NCBI GenBank assembly: GCA_044220955.1
Contig: JBGAQA010000085.1
Span: 1 to 30,683 of the forward strand
Direction of reading: 5' to 3'
DNA: 30,683 nt
DNA from: Sandaracinaceae bacterium
GTDB lineage: Bacteria > Myxococcota_A > Polyangia > Polyangiales > Sandaracinaceae
Shown here piece by piece: positions 25,782 through 30,683 of the stretch. Numbering within the stretch: the first letter of the stretch is position 1; every line of letters begins with the position of its first letter. Below the pieces are notes generated by a model that made no database searches, was not told where the DNA came from, and worked only from the letters and a program-made list of their open reading frames with translations. The position numbers and the translations under genes were made by a program.

Positions 25782-26426
25782 TCAGGCGTCGAACGCCCAC
25801 GCCATGAACACCACGACGGGCGCCATCAGCGCGAGCAGGAGCAGCGCGGCGCCGAGCGCCTGCCGTGGCGTCCACGGCTCGCCGCTCCACGCGGGCCAGC
25901 GCGGGTCCATGAACACGAAGATCACGCCGCGCACGGGGTGGCGGCCGACGCTGAAGAAGAGCCCGCCCAGCACGAACAGGATCGTCGATGCGATGGCGTT
26001 CTCGCGGAACGTCACCGGATAGAGCCCGTCACGCACCACCAGGTACGCGTCGTACGACCAGCTCGTGACCGCGATCCACGCGACTGCCGCGACGAACGTC
26101 TCCGCGCGGCCGGGGCGCCTCGCGCGTGCTCGCCCGAGACTGCGGAAGACGACGCCCGTCACCCAGGGGGCGCTCGCGTAGCAGCCCACGGACATGAACG
26201 TCGCGTCGACGGCGTCCCACGTCGGGTCGCCCATGTACGGCGCGCCGAGGGCGAACGTGACGAGGGCGATCGCGAAGAGGACGAGGCGCCAGGGGGCCAG
26301 CAACTGGGCACGGTAGCCGCTGGTGCACAGGCCCAGCGACGCGCGATGCGACCACCCGACCACCAGCGCGAGCGCGACGGTGATCCCTTGGACGATCAGG
26401 TACGGGACGAAGGGACCGATCGGCAC
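25782..26426 (-). CDS. Hypothetical integral membrane protein (214 aa)
   Basis: About six hydrophobic segments with a polar GDPTWD loop. Co-directional with and 20 nt downstream of the GGDEF gene. Confidence 0.72.
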   Translation of the reverse strand: MPIGPFVPYLIVQGITVALALVVGWSHRASLGLCTSGYRAQLLAPWRLVLFAIALVTFALGAPYMGDPTWDAVDATFMSVGCYASAPWVTGVVFRSLGRARARRPGRAETFVAAVAWIAVTSWSYDAYLVVRDGLYPVTFRENAIASTILFVLGGLFFSVGRHPVRGVIFVFMDPRWPAWSGEPWTPRQALGAALLLLALMAPVVVFMAWAFDA

Positions 26427-26446
26427 GCGTCACCGGCGAGCGCGCC

Positions 26447-27337
26447 TCAGCGCACGCAGTTCCGTCGGGCCTTCGCCGCGTAGAGGGCCCGGTCCGCGTG
26501 CTCGACGAGCATCGCGGGCTGCGGGATCTCTCGATGCGGGACGGCGGCCACGCCCACGCTCACCGTCACGTCGAGCTTCAGCTGCGCGTGCAGGAACGGG
26601 TATCGCTCGACCGAGCTCCGGACGCGTTCGCCGAAGGCCCGCGCCGCCTCGATCGCGATTCCGCGAGAGAGGATCACGAACTCCTCGCCGCCGTACCGCG
26701 CGAACACGTCCTCGGCGCGGATGATGCGCATCATGTGGCCCGCGAGCTGGGTGAGGACCGAGTCTCCCGCCGGGTGGCCGTGCGCGTCGTTGAGCGCCTT
26801 GAAGTGATCGAGGTCGAGGATGAGCAGCGAGAGCGCGGAGCCGTGGCGGAGCGAGTACGCGAACTCCTGCTCGAGGCGCTCGTCGAAGTACTTGCGGTTG
26901 AAGGCGCGCGTGAGCCCGTCGCGGAGCGACGACTCGTACATCGTGCGGTGGTACTTCTCGTCCAGGTCGTCGAAGAGAGCGAAGCGCAGCACGATGCCGC
27001 TACCGAGCTCGATCTTGTCTCCGTCGGTGAGCAGCTGCAGCGCGTGGACGCGCTCCCCGTTGAGGAACGTCCCGTTGCGCGAGCCCATGTCCTCGAGCGT
27101 CCAGCCGCCCGGGCCCTCGACGATGCGCGCGTGGCGGCGCGACACCTCGTCCGAGTCGACCTGCACCGTCGCGTCGCTGGCGCGCCCCAGCACGGTGCCG
27201 TGGCCGACGGAGTACACGGCGCCGACGTTCATCCCGGCGAGGAAGACGAGGCGAGGCCGGCGACGCGTGACGCCGCGGGCAGGCGTCGCAGGGCCTCGCT
27301 CGCAGATCCGGGTCGTCTCGTCCGCGTCGCGCCCCAT
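26447..27337 (-). CDS. FHA-domain diguanylate cyclase (FHA + GGDEF)
   Basis: FHA: LGR, VSRRHA, DMGSRNGTFLNG. GGDEF: DGLT..FNR, DLDHFK.LND.HGH.AGD, I-site RAED, RYGGEEF, ADRALYAAK. Confidence 0.93.
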   Translation of the reverse strand: MGRDADETTRICERGPATPARGVTRRRPRLVFLAGMNVGAVYSVGHGTVLGRASDATVQVDSDEVSRRHARIVEGPGGWTLEDMGSRNGTFLNGERVHALQLLTDGDKIELGSGIVLRFALFDDLDEKYHRTMYESSLRDGLTRAFNRKYFDERLEQEFAYSLRHGSALSLLILDLDHFKALNDAHGHPAGDSVLTQLAGHMMRIIRAEDVFARYGGEEFVILSRGIAIEAARAFGERVRSSVERYPFLHAQLKLDVTVSVGVAAVPHREIPQPAMLVEHADRALYAAKARRNCVR

Positions 27338-27368
27338 GCGCCGCGCAGTCTAGCTCGTCTCGCGGCGA

Positions 27369-29621
27369 TCAGGGAGCGGGGTCGGCCACGTGGAGCGCGT
27401 GCTCGAGGAACGCGTACATCCGCGTGTAGCGCGCGACGAGCGAGCTCACCGGGGTGCCGGCGCCGTGTCCGACCTGCTGCTCCCGGTAGAACCAGACGCT
27501 CGGGTCCGGGCCGCCCGCGGCCTCTTGCAGGCGGGCGGCGAACTTCGTGGAGTGGCCCCAGAAGACCCGCGTGTCGTGATCGGCGGTCTCGATCAAGATC
27601 GCCGGATAGCGCGTGCCGGGCCTCACGTGGTGGTACGGCGAGTACTCGAAGAGCCAGCGGAACTGATCGGCGTCTTCGCTCGACCCGTACTCGGTGACCC
27701 AGAGCTCGGCAGGCGGGAACTGGTGGTAGCGAACCATGTCGTAGAGACCGACGTACGAGGCGGCGGCGCCGAACGCGTCGGGGCATCGCGTGATCATCGC
27801 GCCCATCAGCAGGCCCCCGTTGCTGCCGCCCGTGATGCCGATGCGATCCGGCCGCGAGATCCCGCTCGACGCGAACCAGCGGATCACGGCCTCCATGTCC
27901 TCGAAGACGTGGTGCTTGTTGGCGAGGTTGCCGGCGCGGTGCCAGTCCTCGCCGAACTCGCCGCCGCCGCGCAGGTTGGCGACGGCGAAGATGCCACCCC
28001 GCTCGACCCAGTACAGGGGGTGCCGTACGAAGTTGGGAAGCAGCGAGATGTTGAAGCCGCCGTACGCGTTGATCAGGACCGGCGCACTGCCGTCGTGCGG
28101 CGTGCCCCGCCGCTGCACGTAGTAGAGCGGGATGGTCGCGCCGTCGGTCGAAGGTACGTGCTCCTGCACGACCTCGAGCGTGGAGAGATCGACGGGGGAG
28201 GCGATCTCCACGAGCGGCCGGAGCTCGGGGGCGCTCCGCGCGCGGCGCGCGCGGGGATCCCAGAGCAGCAATTGCGGCGCGGTCACGTAGCCGGAGAAGC
28301 ACACCGCCGCGCGCCCCGTCTCCGGGTCGCCGTCGACGCTCGACACCGCACCGTGTGGGAGCGTGAGCTCGTGGTCGAGCGCGCCGTCCAGCCGGTGGAC
28401 GAGCAGACGCGAGCGCACGTCGTCCAGCACGTGAAGCACGTGGCGCTCGCCGGCGATCGTCCAGTCCTGGATGGCCGCGCTGCCCTCGGCGATCACGACC
28501 TGCCACGTGGAGCGGTCCGACGCCGCCGCGGCCGGCGCGACGCGCATGAGGCGGTAGCGCGGCGCGTCCTCGTTCGTGAGCACGTAGAGCTGGCCGTGGT
28601 GGACCCGGGCGGTGTAGAGGTGGTCCTGCCCGACGACGACCTCCACCAGCGGATGCGCGGCGTCGGGCGCGCTGACGCGCCCACGTGCGCGGGCCCCGCG
28701 ATCGAAGATGCGCACGTCCGACTGCGACCAGCCGGCGAAGTCGCTCACGACCAGCCAGCGGTCGTCGTCCGAGATGCTGGCGCCCGGGAAGTGCGTGCCG
28801 TCCACGGGCGAGAAAACCAGCGGGTCGCTCGACGGGTCGCTGCCGAGGACGTGGAAGAAGAGGCGGGTGTGGTAGCTGTCCTGACGATCGGCGTCCCAGT
28901 CCGGCTCCCCCTCGCGCGGATAGCGTCGGTAATAGAAGCCCGTCTCGTCGTGGAGCCAGCTCACCTCGGTCCACTTCGTGTGCTCGATCGTCTCGGGTCG
29001 CAGCGTGCCGGTCGCCGTCTCGACCACGCGCAAGGTGCTGCGCTCGTCGCCGTTCTGCGAGATGCCGAACGCGACGAAGCGTCCGGTGGGGGACACGAAG
29101 TACCAGTCCAGCGCCGCATGTTCCCCGTAGGTGAGCGGGTCGATCAGGATCCGCGCCGCGTCGGTGGCGCCCAGCCCGCGCACCATCAGCGCCGGTTGTT
29201 CCCGCTCGCCCTCGCGCAGCTGGTAGAAGACGTGGTCGCCGGCGATGGCCGCGCCGCCGACCGTCCCGATGCGCAGCAGCTCGTCGAGCCGGCGAGAGGT
29301 CGCGGCGCGCGACCACTCCACGACCGCGCCGGCAGTCCGTGCCGTCTGCACGTCGATCCACTCGCGCGTCAGCGGCGAGTCTTCCTCGAGCGCGCGATAG
29401 GGATCGTCGACGGAGACCCCGTGCAGCGTCTCCGTCACGGCGCCCGCTCGCGCGCGCGCGTTCAGATCTTCGAGCGGGCTCGACATCATCAGGGCGACAC
29501 CGACGCCGGCATCCTCGGCGTCCGGCATCGGAGGGTACTCGGCCGGCGGGGTCGACGAGGGGCCACAGGACGCGAGCGCGAGGAAGAGCGAGAGCGAGAG
29601 CGAGGGCCAGGCCGACGTCAT
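27369..29621 (-). CDS. Prolyl oligopeptidase (S9A), lipoprotein signal
   Basis: DPYRALE, YGGF, NLRGGGEFGEDWH, catalytic GGSNGGLL, DHDTRV and VGHGAG. N-terminal LALASC lipobox. Start at ATG 29621. Confidence 0.93.
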   Translation of the reverse strand: MTSAWPSLSLSLFLALASCGPSSTPPAEYPPMPDAEDAGVGVALMMSSPLEDLNARARAGAVTETLHGVSVDDPYRALEEDSPLTREWIDVQTARTAGAVVEWSRAATSRRLDELLRIGTVGGAAIAGDHVFYQLREGEREQPALMVRGLGATDAARILIDPLTYGEHAALDWYFVSPTGRFVAFGISQNGDERSTLRVVETATGTLRPETIEHTKWTEVSWLHDETGFYYRRYPREGEPDWDADRQDSYHTRLFFHVLGSDPSSDPLVFSPVDGTHFPGASISDDDRWLVVSDFAGWSQSDVRIFDRGARARGRVSAPDAAHPLVEVVVGQDHLYTARVHHGQLYVLTNEDAPRYRLMRVAPAAAASDRSTWQVVIAEGSAAIQDWTIAGERHVLHVLDDVRSRLLVHRLDGALDHELTLPHGAVSSVDGDPETGRAAVCFSGYVTAPQLLLWDPRARRARSAPELRPLVEIASPVDLSTLEVVQEHVPSTDGATIPLYYVQRRGTPHDGSAPVLINAYGGFNISLLPNFVRHPLYWVERGGIFAVANLRGGGEFGEDWHRAGNLANKHHVFEDMEAVIRWFASSGISRPDRIGITGGSNGGLLMGAMITRCPDAFGAAASYVGLYDMVRYHQFPPAELWVTEYGSSEDADQFRWLFEYSPYHHVRPGTRYPAILIETADHDTRVFWGHSTKFAARLQEAAGGPDPSVWFYREQQVGHGAGTPVSSLVARYTRMYAFLEHALHVADPAP

Positions 29622-29662
29622 GCCGCCGTGCATAGCGCGAAAACCCCGTTCGCGGCGCTCAA

Positions 29663-30683
29663 CCTCGATTTCGCTCCTGCTCGGTGCGAGCGATCGATCT
29701 CTCGCGCGACACGCTTGACGGCGAGGGTCGCGAGCGTGTGATGGCGTGATTCGGGCGCTCGGCATGGATCTCCCCCTTTCCCCCACGCGACTCGGGGGCC
29801 CGGCGAGCTCGATTGTCTGGTGCTCATTCGATCAAGCGGGCGAGCGGCGACGCCGCAGGGACGCGGAGCTGCCACTGCCGACCGCTCTTCACGAGCTGAC
29901 CGGCGACGGCGATGAGCGCGCGACGCAGCCACTGGATGCGCCAGCGCGCGTCGGCGAGCACTGGGACGACCGCCGCCGCGAAGCGTCGCACGAGGTTGTG
30001 CGCGAGCATCTTGAGCAGCATCGCGGCGTGGTTCGCGTCGAAGCCCCAGCACGGATGCTCGCCGATGCCCCAGCCGCCTTTCCATTCGGCGATCAGCGTC
30101 TCGATGCCAGCTCGGTCCTCGTACCGACGCGAGAGCGCGAGCGCGTCGTCGTCCGAGTTCGTGAGGTAGGCCTTCACCGTGTACTCCTCGTCGGGCCACA
30201 GCAGGCGCTGCTTGCCCGAGCGCGGCTCCTTCGTGCGCACCGCGATGACGCGCACGAGACGACCGCGCAGCACCCACCCCTTGCGCTGAAACTCGATGTC
30301 GGCGACTTGCGTCTGCGGCTCGTCGTTCGCGTCCGTGTCGACGGTGCGCCACGTCGTGGTCGCCGCGACCGCGTTCACGAGGTCGCTCGTCATGCGCGTC
30401 TTCACCAGGAAGGTCGCGTTTTCCTCCGCGATCGCCGAGAGAATCTCCGTGCAGTCGGCGGCCGCGTCGATCCGCACGAAGAGCTCCTGCTTGCTCGTGA
30501 GTGCCGACTTCGCGCGCCGCACGAGCCTGCGCACCGTGACCGCGTCGTCGTTGCCGAACGACGTATCGCCGCGCCGCAGCAGCACGCCCGCGACCCGGTC
30601 GCGACGCAAGGCGGGCGCGAGCGTGGGCGGGAGGTGCACCACGACGGCGCGCTCCACCCGGGCGGGCTCCTCCACGGTGCCGG
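29663..30683 (-). mobile_element. IS1380-family insertion sequence, 3' portion
   Basis: Transposase C-terminal half, plus candidate right terminal IR CCTCGATTTCGCT at 29663 resembling the CCTAGATT end of ISEcp1-type IS1380 elements. Confidence 0.7.
29824..30683 (-). CDS. IS1380-family DDE transposase (partial; possibly 5'-truncated)
   Basis: LLRRGDT, VRIDAA (second D), YEDRAGIETLIAEWK (Y-2-R-3-E-6-K), GFDANHA, LAHNL, and LRRALIAVAGQLVKSGRQWQL. The frame is open to the window edge. Confidence 0.85.
   Translation of the reverse strand, partial: GTVEEPARVERAVVVHLPPTLAPALRRDRVAGVLLRRGDTSFGNDDAVTVRRLVRRAKSALTSKQELFVRIDAAADCTEILSAIAEENATFLVKTRMTSDLVNAVAATTTWRTVDTDANDEPQTQVADIEFQRKGWVLRGRLVRVIAVRTKEPRSGKQRLLWPDEEYTVKAYLTNSDDDALALSRRYEDRAGIETLIAEWKGGWGIGEHPCWGFDANHAAMLLKMLAHNLVRRFAAAVVPVLADARWRIQWLRRALIAVAGQLVKSGRQWQLRVPAASPLARLIE

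Noticed and set aside
29585..29603. (GAGAGC)n repeat as a phase-variation tract
   Set aside because: It has only about three units of 6 bp, is frame-preserving, and simply encodes Ser-Leu repeats of the POP signal peptide.

Overview
Very GC-rich bacterial DNA. Gene content (mglC-aroQ-accB-accC block, FHA-GGDEF protein, Cys-rich lipoprotein, V4R hybrid kinase) points to Myxococcota, probably Polyangiales/Sandaracinus-like; this is an inference. About 30 compact, mostly housekeeping CDSs are present. They include a PpiD/M16/SprT-like/SuhB/DUF924 string, an M20 hydrolase, two hybrid histidine kinases, a divergent glutaredoxin/glutathione reductase pair, an amidase, YidB, accBC-aroQ, mglC, several peptidases, an RluA-RlmI/K fusion, a diguanylate cyclase, a prolyl oligopeptidase and the 3' part of an IS1380-family element at the right edge. 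No rRNA, tRNA or CRISPR array was seen. Five observations stand out: (1) an 88-aa stand-alone copy of DnaK subdomain IIB directly behind mglC; (2) a membrane-anchored zincin fused to a phage/CIS baseplate-hub-chaperone-like double Zn-ribbon domain; (3) a SprT-like protease with a clamp-binding-like motif; (4) recurrent leaderless TANNNT promoters, including one symmetric bidirectional -10; (5) a V4R kinase that seems to lack a canonical start codon. All family calls are by motif recognition, not database search.
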